Translations under genes and position numbers: made by a program | Part shown: piece by piece, positions 1 to 12,814 of the stretch | Numbering within the stretch: the stretch's first letter is position 1 | Layout of the letters: each line of letters starts with the position of its first letter | The notes under the pieces: generated by a model | What the model saw: the letters and a program-made list of their open reading frames with translations, nothing else | Told to the model about the DNA's origin: nothing | Database searches by the model: none | Origin: Eledone cirrhosa | Lineage: Eukaryota | DNA length: 64,000 nucleotides | Assembly: GCA_964016885.1 (NCBI GenBank) | Contig: OZ024745.1 | Location: 66,464,001 to 66,528,000 of the forward strand | Direction: 5' to 3'

Positions 1-161
1 AGGGATATTACACAATATTACAATTTTATAAGTGTGTATTTTTCTTATTTGAAAGCGTTCTAGTCAAGACAGACTGGCAATACCCCAATATTTATAAAAT
101 ATATATTTATTCTGCCAAACTATAAAGTGTTCGTGAAATTGAAATTTTCTTATGAAGTTGC

Positions 162-218
162 CAGTCTCTAGACCTTAATTCTATTGAAAATGTATGGAAA
201 ATTATTAAACTAAAGCTG
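162..218 (+). mobile_element. Tc1/mariner transposase remnant (DD34E C-terminal motif)
   Basis: Translates as QSLDLNSIENVWKIIKLKL, matching the Tc1 SPDLNPIEN(L/V)W motif; surrounding sequence is decayed. Confidence 0.6.
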
Positions 219-1789
219 AAGTTAAAACTTTCTAATCAAAGAATGGTTATTTGCAGCATTTTGAGGGGAAAAAATCACGAATGTATTTACTAATTCATTG
301 AAAAATTCTTCCTGACACTAATGATTAATCAGAATAAAATACTGAAAGTTAGACCTGCCAGGAACACGAATTTTAAAATGTTGTTTGAGAATATACTTCA
401 ATTGTATTTTCTTCATATAATAAATGATTAAATGTTTAAAGAGAATCAGCTATAGTTTTAATGAATTATATTCAATATTTTATTAAGGTTGATATATCCC
501 CCCCCCCCCCCCACACACACACATACATGCATGTACACACATCACAATCACTAAGGCAATGAGTGAATATCCACATCTATAAGAAATAAGTCAGATTGTT
601 CACAAATATTGACCTGGAGGCTTTTTATTCAAACCAAAATCAAAACAATGACATTGGATAATGTTTGAAATATATTATCTACAAAAGTTTAGATATTAAG
701 GGATGGAATCTCTTTGATTATAAGTCTACTAATGCTGGTGCTAAACAACTATTAATAACAGAATCATCATAGTTGCTGCTTTAACAATGTTTTTCTGTCA
801 ATGAATTTCTTAGACAGAATTCATTTACATCTCGTGTCAATTACAATACGATGGATCCTCCTGCATACTTCTGATAATATTTTAGTTTTGTGCCAGCACT
901 AGAGAAGCTGTCATGTCTTTGACACATGGAGGAAATTTTATATAAAGATCATCATAATCATCAATGAAAATGATGTGAGCTTGAATCAGTTCATAAGCTC
1001 TTGTCTAGATTAGTACCTTGTTTCAAATTTATTTTGTATATAATTGATCATGTATTTACGAAAGTCACTACAGAGATGTAATTTAAAAAATATATATCAC
1101 AGATATCTGTGTGCATGTATGTGTGAGTATACGCACTCACACAAGCCCACATGCACACAGATCATATGTTGTGGATAATTAACGAAGGTGGAGATGTTGC
1201 TATTCAATATTTCATTTAACAATAATTCTAATGAGTTTTTCAATAAATCACTACATATTGCAGCAGAAGATATTATTGCATCTTTTCAGAGAAAAATATA
1301 ATGATTGGTTTTGTTGAGAGTAAAGTTTTATAGATGTGAACATTTAGGTAGTATCAGTGAAAGCTGACCAATTAGAATTTGAAGATTGGTCTGATGTTCT
1401 TTGTACAGCCTATAACATACTCGGCACATTTTACATTTATTTTATTTTATTCCTAAGGAGTGGCTATAAAGATCTCTAATAATAGTAGTAGATAGTTATA
1501 GATATTATGGTGATAAGCTTAAATTGTTGTTTATTATTGGTGTTGTGGTTCTGAGTCAATTTCATTCTTGATGACACGTAGAGTCTGTGGAATCTTGGGA
1601 TTTTGGCCAGCTTATTGTGTCTCCTATGTGTGACCATTACTCCTCTATGTGGAGGTGACCCCTCAAGAAGAAATCTTTATCTTTGGTTCACTAATCTTCC
1701 TGCCTACCATTTACTTCACCAGCTCAAAACTCTGATGTTCAGACTAACCCGATCATTGCCCACCCAACATTCTTCCTGTTAAGAAACTG

Positions 1790-2800
1790 CTTTGCCATGC
1801 CAAAGTGTCTCTACACCTTCCATGGTGTCCCATACTACAGGCATGCATCTCTCCTCAGAGATCTTGACACCTGTATCTGATGGGCCATTGAAGAGATACA
1901 AAGCAGTCAGTTTGATAACACCAGATGGTAACAGGCCGCTTTGCCCTTCAGATATGTTGGTCTTGCTCTTGCTCTCCTGTATCACTGGAATATTTTTGTT
2001 CTTTTTTCTGTGAAGATGTGCTGTGTCCTCATCAACCAAGCTCAATCTAGTGTGATCGAGAAATGCGAGTCAGCTTACGCATCATGGAACCAGTTCGGCC
2101 TCTGCTCTGTGGATTTCTACCCCTTCCCCTCTGAAGACACCGAGTCCCACAAAACAAATTGGACGCTATCCAGTGCAACATGACCTTGAACAGGCTGATG
2201 TGCTGTCTTGAACAGCACCATCTGACAAGTTTTCGCTCAGCCTTGCAACACCACAACAGCGCCTGGCTCAAGGCAATACCACTATTCTCGACTGGCACTC
2301 AGCTGAAGAGTGATTATTTGCGCATCCGTATTTCCTGAGGCTCAGCTAGTAGTTCTGTGAGTTCCAGAGATGCCACTGTTGATCTGCTGTGTACTCTTTC
2401 AGCCTCTACCTACCATTATAGTGCTGGCTGTCTTCTATGCCATGTTGTTCTCAACGAGATCATAAAGTATGGCTTGGATGTCGCAGGATTTCCTTCCCAG
2501 TTCAAGCTATCAGGGCCGAGGGTGGACAATCATCCTGTTTTGTGGTGATAGGTCTTTTGGCAACCTGGTGTATTCAGCTACTAGGCTAAGCATCGCTTGC
2601 CAAAGTAGGCAAACTGTCAAAGTATCAGGAGCTCCGTGATAGAGTTTTGGTTGAGCCTGTGTTAGTTGAGACTTCCACCATTCTTGGTCTTCGGACTACA
2701 TCTCTACACACAAGATTGAACCCTGTGAGTTTGAGTAGCTGTTCCACCACGTCTTTCTTGCCATCCTCTAGTGCAACATCTTCTGCATTCTGTCCACTGG
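1790..2800 (+). mobile_element. Degenerate CRE-clade (RLE-type) non-LTR retrotransposon, C-terminal part
   Basis: Collinear broken frames: SAWLKAIPLFSTGTQLKSDYLRIRIS (~2255), CHVVLNEIIKYGLDVAGFPSQF (~2440), KLSKYQELRDRVLVEPVLVETS (~2611), E*LFHHVFLAIL*CNIFCIL (~2733). These resemble CRE motifs AWL.A.P...G..L, RH..LN.II.RAL..AG.P, KY..L....P.AVET and LFQRLS.A..RGN. The 5' boundary is uncertain. Confidence 0.55.
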
Positions 2801-2899
2801 GACCATGAGGCATATTCGCCCTTAAATGTTGAGGTACTTTTCTCATCACTCCCACAGATTATATTTGTCTTCAGTCCTTTTGTTATATGTAACATAAAA

Positions 2900-3114
2900 A
2901 GTGGAGGATCGCCAGTATTGGTAGAGTGTCGAACAACATGATCGCAGAATAGTTATGGTCCTTTTCTTTGAGTTCAAATGCTGCCGAGGTTAAGTTTGCC
3001 TTTCATCCTTATGGGGTCAATAAAATAAAGTACCAGTCATGAAATAGGGCCAATTTAATCGACTTTCCCCACCACCTATATTGCTGGCCATGTGACTAAA
3101 TCAGAAACCATTAT
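2900..3114 (+). mobile_element. tRNA-derived SINE, family A
   Basis: A-box-like start, B-box GAGTTCAAAT, conserved core TTTGCCTTTCATCCTTAYGGGGTCRATAAAATAAAGTACCAGT shared with more than 10 copies in the window. Confidence 0.8.
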
Positions 3115-3492
3115 ATGTAACATAAAAGAGGTGGGGTCCTATAACTATAGTTGAAATATGTCTACTGTGTGGAAAATCAAATACAGTGAAAGGCAATTTA
3201 AAAATAGGAAAGTTACATTTACATATGGTGGTAGATTTGAGTGTTTTAATTAACTGTCTCCTTTCAGAGAGAGGAGAGAGTTTATTGTTGTGACCCTTGT
3301 ATGTGTAATACATTCTAGGAGATAGCTGTGATATACTGCATGCTACTTTAATGTGATTTTATATACATTAGTTGTACAGGAGAGTTCATGACACTTGTAG
3401 ATGGGTGCCATGAGGTTTCAATAAGGATATTATATTTTACTTTTTATGCATTATTTATTTCAATAGATATGATACTCTTATTACTACATAAG

Positions 3493-3493
<1 letters not shown>

Positions 3494-3530
<37 letters not shown>
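3494..3530. repeat. (TG)n microsatellite
   Basis: Direct reading. Confidence 0.95.
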
Positions 3531-3533
<3 letters not shown>

Positions 3534-4600
3534 GAATAGAGAGTTATTTATCCTGTCATGTCAGGAGTTTATTAAATCCTTGTGGGTTATAATTTCCATA
3601 CTTCTATTGCATAGAGGTCACATTCACGACAATCACTATGATAGGACGGATCATATGATGGATGATGACATTTTGTAGTTAATGTTGCTGTGCTTCAACT
3701 GCCAGATTTTCTTTTGTATGTTCAGACTATATATATAGTATTCAGATAGAGAGAGAGAGAGGAAGAAACATAGGTAGACAGACAGAGAGCTATTATTTGT
3801 TGCTTTTCATCATTGAGAAGCAACAAAAATGATTCAGATGAATTACTTCCAGTTTTTAAGGATTTAACGCAAACAATCAAGATATTGAACATAAATTGAG
3901 AAATAAACAATAGACTTCAGAATTCATTTGAAGAAATAATCCTTACTTATGGAATTGAAAAAACAACAACAAAATTATGATAAATATTGGTAACTTCTAA
4001 CAGCATTGATTTTAATATTATTTATAATCTTTTAATAAGATTTACACTGCTTGCATTTTCATTTTCCCCATAGAATTTGGCATAATCTATAATGTGTATG
4101 TAACCAAATTGAGACTTGCTGTTAAGACTGCTTTGGGTTAAGCCCCAAGGTAAAGAGAGCATGTGATCATAAATTTGTTTTGTTTCTTTTACACTAATTT
4201 TTAATGGAAATCCTCCTTCTCCTCATTTTATGATTGTTTTTCTTTAAGCTGGCCTGGATTAGACAGGTCTCAAACACCTCACCTTTAGAAAGGCTTTCTT
4301 TGCTATTTGACACAGCAATAAAGAAGGACATTAAATTTTTTTGTTGAGCAAGTCATACAGCATGTACTGGGTACATGTTATTATACAGAGAGCTGTGCAA
4401 ATCAGCTTAAGAAATTAGTATACCTATTTAATCTACATATGCACAAAATAGTTGTATTCTACACAGAAAAGAAACACTCAGCAATGTTACAGTGCTGCTG
4501 CTATATTGAATTGTTCCTAACTTATATCAATTTACAGTTAGGTGACCAAGTTTATCTACTTATCTTAGCAAAAGGACAAAATACACTTCTGATATGTTGG

Positions 4601-4636
<36 letters not shown>

Positions 4637-4884
4637 TGCATGGATGCATGTAGTGGCCAGTTGTAACGACCCAAACCAGGCAATGGAAGGTTGTCAAATT
4701 CTTTCATTCCCCTTATCTTATATGTTGAACTTCAGTTGGATGTTGCTTCATGTTCCCAGCACACAATTGAAAATGTGTACACTGGAATATAGCAAGGGAC
4801 ACACACTGAAAGAGCAGTCTAAACTCCTTGTGTTCATTTTCGGGGTGGTCAATCTTCTCACAGGGCAGTTGATTAACTGAACCG

Positions 4885-5088
4885 GTTTGGTGTTGGACAA
4901 CTTACTTTGCGGTAATGAGTTACGGCCCTTAATGTTCTCACTTCAAATATCACCAAAGTTAGCTTTTCCTTTCATCCTTACGAGGTTGACAAATAAAGAA
5001 CCAGTAATGCACTGGTGTCGATTTAAATTTAATCGACTTTCCCCTCCCCAAATATTGTGGCCTTGTGCTTAAATCAGAAGCCAATATT
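4885..5088 (+). mobile_element. SINE family A, diverged
   Basis: CCTTTCATCCTTACGAGGTTGACAAATAAAGAACCAGTAATGCACTGG core and GGCCTTGTGC...AGAA 3' part. Confidence 0.65.
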
Positions 5089-7528
5089 AGTAAATAGGGA
5101 GATGGTTTTAGAACTTAGGATGTCACATATTTTCACTGCTAGAGGTTCAGTGGTAAACCTATCAGAAAGTATATGTCTGTGGATATAGAATTCTCTCTAC
5201 CCTGTATCTGTTTGTATTTGGAATTAATGCCCTCTGCAATGTGGCTTGTAGAGTCCCTGTTTTGTTTGTACATTCCATTTCTGACATATTTTCAATAGTT
5301 GAATCCCTTTTCTATCTGCAAACATTGCCATCATCATTAGTGATGTTGTCTGTGGGAGGACTAACATTTCTTTCTACATTGTTCTTGGAGTGACTATCCT
5401 CCAATATATGATGTGAGTTGCAGGATTTACATCTTTTTCTATAGCAATATATACAGTACATTGAAAATATAACTATACCCATAATACACATAATAAAAGA
5501 ACTATTCTTTCATTTTAACCTCTTTTCAATAAATAGTAATTTTGTAATCAATATGTGATGCCACCATGATCATTTCTGGTATTCTGTCGATATATGTGTC
5601 TTTTTCAACACAATGACTCTTTAACAAAATAAATCAGATTGTCAATCTAGAGTATAGTACTTTCTTTTAATACATATTTTAATACTCTATCACTATTTAG
5701 ATCTATATTTTACAATTCTGTCTAATTCAGCTACTCACATTATAACTATTTTGCCATCATTCTTCTATTGAATGATTTTTTCCTCATTCAGTAATCAAGG
5801 AAAATTATGATGTAAAATGACAAATGATATGAGATTCACAACTTCACTATAGCTTAAAATCTACTAAAGTTTAGTCAGCTCTTTTATATCTTTGAAATTA
5901 TAAATCTTCTTTCACTCATTTATTCTCAAATGCCAGTAGCATTATAAGTTTTAACTTCAATAGTGTAACTATTCAGAATATTCATTACATTTGAATATAT
6001 TCAAGACAACATTCTGGAGGGAAGCATCAATGAAATCAATCTCCGTTTATTTCAGAAACTAGATTTGTTGAAATTCAAAGAATAAAAAAAACTTATGGTA
6101 AGTAAAATTTGAACTCAGCAGCTAAAGGTGCTCCCAGAAACTAAATTTCAAAGTGTTTAGTCTAGTGAAGTAATTTCTTTTGCCAACTCACAGTACTAAG
6201 ATTTCTCAGAATATTAGCTGCTTCTTTTCTGCATTTATTTACATATGTTTTCATTAATAATCTTTAGCTGTTTCCTAGAGGCGTTTTGAAATGTGGCACA
6301 TGATGAGGTTAATAGTCCAATCAATCTTAACAGCTCTTATCTGAACTCAAATTAAAAATATAAAAATATAACCTTTAAACATTCTCAGGCTATGTTTTAT
6401 AGGAATTATACCATTCAATAATATCTGACGTTATGTCAAACTATGAAAAGAAAAGAAACTGGATTTCTCATCTCTTCCCATAAGAAACATTTAATAATTA
6501 GTCTTAAACCAATCACAATATTTAAGATTTTATCAGTATTTCCTAATCTCTCTCTCTTATAGACTGACAATTTGATGAAAACTTGTGTTCTGGTATTAGA
6601 AAAAATATAGAATGATTTACATTTAGAACAGAAACTTACTACGATGATAGAAGTACAGAAACAGATCAAGACAGAAAATGTATACACAAATCTTTTAACC
6701 AATTAATGTCACAGTGATGGTAGTATATGTCTTATGTATATTCATAAGAAAGATGAATTGCATTTTTTCCCTTATGAGGTTAATAAAACATGTACTGGAG
6801 TCAATATATATGAGTAAATCACGTAGAGGTTGAGCAATATTGCAGTACAGCAACTGAAACCAGAAAAAGAATTAAACAATTACATTGAATAATATATGAT
6901 TCCCACTATACAAATCTATTTAACCTGCCCCCTATCTCTCTCTTTATATATATATATATAGATATATATACAATATAGAGAGGAAAAACACAGGAGAGTG
7001 TGTTTTCATTACAGGATTTTAACCACCAGCGTGAAGAGCATATAAGCTAAGAGAGGTATAGGAGAAACATAATCATTAAAAGGATAAATTAAAATAAAAA
7101 CCTACCTCATAAAATTAAAATAAAAAACCTACCTCATAACTAAATCGCACTTCTACAAACTCACTAAGAGATTGCTTCACCGTTATTAGTGGTTTCAAAC
7201 TAAGCTCTTGGATCATCAGCAAGTGCTCAAGCTGATATTCTGTCCCCACTACTAAAGATAACTATAGTAACTGACCTGTATCACGTGTGAATAGAGGGAA
7301 ATACGTACATGAAACAGTGACCGGTGGTATGAACAGAACAAGCTGCTAGAGATGGCAGCCTATACTATTCAATTTATTGTGCTAGACTGCAGAGAGAAGA
7401 CGCAAGGAGCAAATATCAAGTAAAATAACGGAGTAAAGGGCTCGCGTATAATCCTGTAATTCAATGATCTCAAAGGAAAGAGTTTTCCTGAGCACTTTAA
7501 AATACAATATAGAGAGGAAAAACACAGA

Positions 7529-8286
7529 GCAGTGAGACATGGGCATTACCTGCAGAGGACCTGCGCAGACTGGAAAGGAACGAAGCATGCATGCTCCGTT
7601 GGATGTGTAATAGTAATATACGTGAACGGCAAAGCATAAATGAACTAAGTGAGAAATTAGGAATAAGAGGGATCAGATGCTGTTTACTCGAGAGAAGACT
7701 ACGTTGGTATGGCCACGTGAAAGTACAGGGCGATCAAAATTGATGGTAGTTACGGAGTAGGTAAACCCAGAAAAATCTGGGACCATCTGATAAATTCCGA
7801 GCTTACACACTTGCACCACTCTAAGACAATGTCACTGGACCGAGATCTTTGGCGCTACGCAGTAATACAGAAGACCCGCATTTCCTATGTACAAAGCGAA
7901 ACCTACAGTCAGTAGGCACCTCTTAACCAAATATACACCCCAATCCACTACCCCTACCCTATCCTCCAACTCCCACCAACACCACCCTCTCTCTCTGTAA
8001 AATTGGTACCACAACATCCAGTCCAAATAAATGGGATAAATGAGATCGAGATCAAGATCGTGTAATGTGGCCGTGTAGGTAGCATGGTAAAAAGTTCCCA
8101 GTTTCACACTGTAAATGTGGTTGGTGTTAGGAAGGGTATCCAGCTGTAGAAAACCTGCCAGATAGTCCTATATGAGCGAGACTCGGTCATCCGACCAACC
8201 TTGCCTCAAGTGGGACAACTTCCGTCTAACCCATGCTAGCGTGGAAGATGGATGTTAAACGAAGATGATGATGATGATGATGATGA
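7529..8286 (+). mobile_element. RTE-clade LINE 3' fragment with 3' UTR and (GAT)n tail
   Basis: SETWALPAEDLRRLERNEACMLRWMC...ERRLRWYGHV, homologous to 24430-25326; ends in a GAT repeat. Confidence 0.9.
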
Positions 8287-8722
8287 TATACATATCATAC
8301 CATCCATCAGCATTTGCCTGTTTTCATGCTACCAATGGTGGGACAGGACATTACAGACCAAGTAAGCCACTATTTAGTTGTAGCTACTGACTTCTCAGAT
8401 GATCCAGAGGCTGCATTTTGATAAGAAATATTCACTCACACCACTGATTGTAGAGGGAGTTTTATACATAATACCATACGTGGTTGATAGCTGAAAGAAA
8501 AGAGTATTCAATACCGAAGTAGAATTTTAATATTTATTTTATTAAGGCTAAATAGTGAGTCTTGTTACTCTGCCATTCCACCTGTTTATCTAGAGTGACA
8601 AGACTTACTATTTAGCTTTAATAAAATGAACGTGTGTGTGTGTGTGTTTAGTTAAATGTTGATAATATTAAACAGGATTTGGTTCAGTTACCTATTGGTT
8701 TCAGATGGAAATCAGGCCTTAA

Positions 8723-8941
8723 CCCATTGACATTTAAATCGGCTGTAACCGGCCAAAATTCTCTCACCTCTATCTGTTCAAACTGGCTGTAACTAGCTGC
8801 TCATATTGATGCTAAGGTATTGTTTTCAAAATAAATAATATGAAAATATCAGAGATTTGATATTATGTGAGATAATTATGTGAGGTAAAGCCTGTACTGT
8901 GAAAATACAATAGTATATAGAGTAATGTAAATGCTAAAGGG
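8723..8941. mobile_element. Small non-autonomous DNA transposon (piggyBac-like MITE)
   Basis: TTAA on both sides; imperfect TIRs CCCATTGACATTTA / TAAATGCTAAAGGG. Confidence 0.6.
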
Positions 8942-9987
8942 TTAAATACTGTTATCATACACCATGATTGGAAACACGTTTCTTCAAATTTAATATGTTT
9001 GAATGATTATCTGTGAGAGATCACAATAAATGCAAAGTATCTGAAGTTTGTCTAATCCATGCTAGCGTGGAAAAATAGACATAAAACGGTGGTGTGTGTG
9101 TGTGTGTATATATCTGAAGTGAAGAAGGTAAAGTGATGAGATAAACAATGATAACAACCCATTCCTTATATATCAATGAGTTATTACCTATTACATGAAA
9201 GAGTAGCTGTCTAATAACTAAATACTTGGAAATGTGAAGTGTGTATCTGTTAGACATGCAGTGACTAACGACAGAATGTTTTAAGTCTGCATGTCTGACA
9301 TATATGCGTAGCTTGTGAATAAAAAATTCAAGGGGTTTCCTTGGCCGTGGTGATCCCTGCCAAACATCTTTTGTAATGTATCGTCTTATTGGCTAATTTC
9401 ATCGTCTTATGGCTAATCAACCAATGAGAATAATTGTTGCTCAAAAGCATCCGCTACTTTGTTTGCACGTTTATTTATCGTTTCGCTTTTGAATCTTCCT
9501 CCTGTATTTCGTCGTTTATCATCAAAATATTTGTTTCGTTTTGGTAAGTTATATTGTTAATTTATATATGATTTTTTAAATTTATATTAACTATTTTTTT
9601 TTTTCAGTTCAATATAACATGCTTATAATATTGGTTGTATCATATTTACTTGTATATTTGTCCATATTATTGTTCGTTTTATGTTAGATTATTTTATTAT
9701 TATTATGTTAGATTATTCTTTTATTATTATGTTAGACTATTTGTATGAATATTTAATATTTATTAATTCAACTATAACAATTATGTAAAATATATTTATT
9801 TAATATTGATTGTTTTTTGTAGTTGTTTATATTAAAAGTCTGAAAATATTTTTATACATCTTACAATAATATTTATAAGATCATTTATAAAATAATTATA
9901 TAATCTAATTACATTACAACGATAATTTATTATTAATATATATCATGTTTAACTAGAGTTATTACAAGCGTTGCCTTAAAAAATATT

Positions 9988-10436
9988 AAACTAGATCTGA
10001 AAATTGCACAAGCTCAAAAGAGCCACAGAATGTTATAATAAACCTTCAAAAGTGTGGGACTAGAGTTGTTGCTCAAAAATATTGTAATCATTATCTATCG
10101 TACACTCTGTGGCATCCTTTTATAAAAAAGAGACTCATACGAACTCAAGGCGACACGATAATTATTTAAGTGAATTTATAATATAGAATTCGGTTTAAGT
10201 GCATTTCGTATTAATCATTACTAAACATCTAATATGAGATATTGAACATTAGCTTAAATAATTATCGTGTCGTCTTGAGTTCGTTATGAGTCTCTTTTTT
10301 ATAAAAGGATGCCACAGAGTATACGATAGATAATGATTACAATATTTTTGAGCAACAACTCTAGTCCCACACTTTTGAAGGTTTATTATAACATTCTGTG
10401 GCTCTTTTGAGCTTGCGCCTTTTTCAGGTCTAGTTA
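9988..10436. repeat. Long inverted repeat (arms ~9988-10170 and ~10253-10436, ~82-bp spacer)
   Basis: For example GAGCCACAGAATGTTATAATAAACCTTCAAAAGTGTGGGACTAGAG and its reverse complement CTCTAGTCCCACACTTTTGAAGGTTTATTATAACATTCTGTGGCTC; few mismatches. Confidence 0.95.
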
Positions 10437-10962
10437 TAAAAGACCATGTATCACATTAAACAATTTTTGGAAGGAGGTACCAGACACAGATAATTCATTC
10501 ACTGAACTGGCTGGTGGTCTGGAGGATTGTTTACCAGCATGCAAATAGATATTTCTAAAATGAAGATAAGTCATAAATATATTGTTCTTGGTATTGTGAT
10601 ATTTATTTGAAATATTGGAATCTTTAGATTAGACTAAATCTTGTGATAATTTGTTTAGAAATTGAGACATTATTTCAAGACAAATACATAATATTTTGTT
10701 CATATATATATATATATGTATATATATGAGCGTGTGTGTGAACGTGTTTGTGTAAAAAGAAATAACAAAGCAGACAACACTGTACAATGACGAATAAATT
10801 AGTTTAATACTTGAAATAATAGGAAAAGAGTCTAAACATTTCGGAAACTAGTCCTTCATCAGAAGATAAACTGAGAAATAAAAGATGAAATAAAAAGATT
10901 GAGAATGAGAAGAGGAAGGAATGGAGAGAGGTTGTGGAAAAACTCTATATTCAGTCAATCAC

Positions 10963-11930
10963 TCATCATCATCATCGTTTAACACACATTTTGTCTATAT
11001 GCTTCAGCTTCGTCGTGTACCCATGGGAAGTCGGATCTTCTGTATTACGGCGTGATGCCAGATGTCATTGCCTTTGAGAGGTGCAATTGGGCAAGGTCAG
11101 CTTTTATCACCTCATCCCAGGTCTTCTTGGGACTCTCCACTCCAAGGCTTCCATCGACTTTTAGTGCTCTGCACCTTTTTATGCAGCTGACATCCTTCAT
11201 ACGCATCACATCTCAGAATTTGGCAGTTCTTCTTTCTGTGGCTGATTGCTGCTTACTGCCCCAGTGCAACTGCTGCATGTAAAGCCTACATTCTTAACTA
11301 TACTTCCTGATATCCCACTACATCTCCTGTGTACCCATAGTTTGCATTTGGGACAGAGGATGGAATTTCTACCTACACCTTTCCTATATACTGAGCAAGG
11401 CTATTTCCCTGGGAGATCTGGGTTATGTTTTCTCATCCACTTACGAGGACCTTAGTCTTTGTAAGGTTGAATTTAAGACCACTTCTTTCTAGTCCCTGCT
11501 TCCATGTTTGGAATTTCTTCTCTAGTTCCACTATAGATTCAGCTATAAGTGTACGATCATCTGTGTACAGAAGTTTCCATGTGTATCTGGTTTTAAACTC
11601 CTCTGTCATAGCCTGCAATATGATAATAACAAGGAAAGGGCTAAGAACAGAGACCTGGTGGACACCAACCTGTATGTTAAATTCCTCGCTATAGCCAATG
11701 TTAACCCTAACTTTGCTGAGTGCTCCCCCTATACATGGGTTGTATAGCCTTCAGAAGCCATTCATCTACTCCTAGTTTTCTAAGAGCCCACCAGATTATA
11801 GCACGGAGCACTCTGTTGAAGGCATTTTCCAGATCAACACATGCCAGGTAGAGCAGCTTACTTTTAGCTAGGTACTTTTCTTGTAACTGCCTCACAAGGA
11901 AGAGGGCATCAGTGGTGCTTTTCCTGGTAC
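10963..11930 (-). mobile_element. RTE-clade LINE fragment with internal deletions
   Basis: STTDALFLVRQLQEKYLAK, LLYTDD (YADD motif), PHD-like Cys region, (CAT)n tail on the left. Confidence 0.9.
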
Positions 11931-12684
11931 ATAGAAAATAGATGTAAAATGGTGATGATAATGATAATATAGACATGCATACATGTATGTATAAATATAT
12001 ATAGATACATACATACTTAACTGCTCTAATCTATTCTATATAAATAGTTACTATTTGGTTAATAATGTTGTAAAACAAATGGTGTGTCATACACATTAAA
12101 ATGACCATTTCAGTTAATTTTTGCAACCCATAAATAGCAACCATTAAAAGATCCTTTGGTTGGCAACGTTCTAGCAATAATTATCAACTGATGTATTCTT
12201 CCTATTTAATTAATTATGTTTCTAAATGAATGCCTTTCATGCAAGTACAACTGGCTATTGCAGTTAGGTTCTGCATCCAGCTTGACATAATTAGCAACCA
12301 CTCTTGTTATCTTCTGATGAAGAGCATGTAATCTCTAAATCACTAATGTTCTTCTGTACACAAAGGGAATAATATAAAGTGTGTTTACACTTCATTTTCC
12401 TCATAGCAAATCTTCAAATTTGAAAACTATTATTCTACATAAATGTATCTTCATATATATATATATGAAATTAAAAGTTTTTATCATGAGAGGATTAGGA
12501 AGAAACCACAGTTATATAAGTTAATCAATACAGATCAGTTAGAACATGTATATTTATTTCATATATAAATGACCTCTACAGGAATAGTCATTTCCTCTGT
12601 TTAAAATTGCAAGGAAACAGTTCTAATACTGTAGAAGTCATTTCTACATGAAATACACGCACACACATACACTCATACGCTTTC

Positions 12685-12687
<3 letters not shown>

Positions 12688-12752
<65 letters not shown>
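12688..12752. repeat. (TA)n microsatellite
   Basis: Direct reading. Confidence 0.95.
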
Positions 12753-12755
<3 letters not shown>

Positions 12756-12814
12756 AGAAAAGGAAAATAATGACTTCACTAAACAATTTAATATTACAAT
12801 TTTGCAATTTTGTT

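Noticed and set aside
5160-5440. Nearly open minus-strand frame after a TAG acceptor-like site (possible host exon)
   Set aside because: In-frame stop, no recognisable protein similarity and no partner exons
9993-10030. CTGAAAA...GCTCAAAA in the fold-back arms as a hammerhead
   Set aside because: Both conserved boxes deviate (CUGAAAA, AAAA) and no NUH or stem I partner is present
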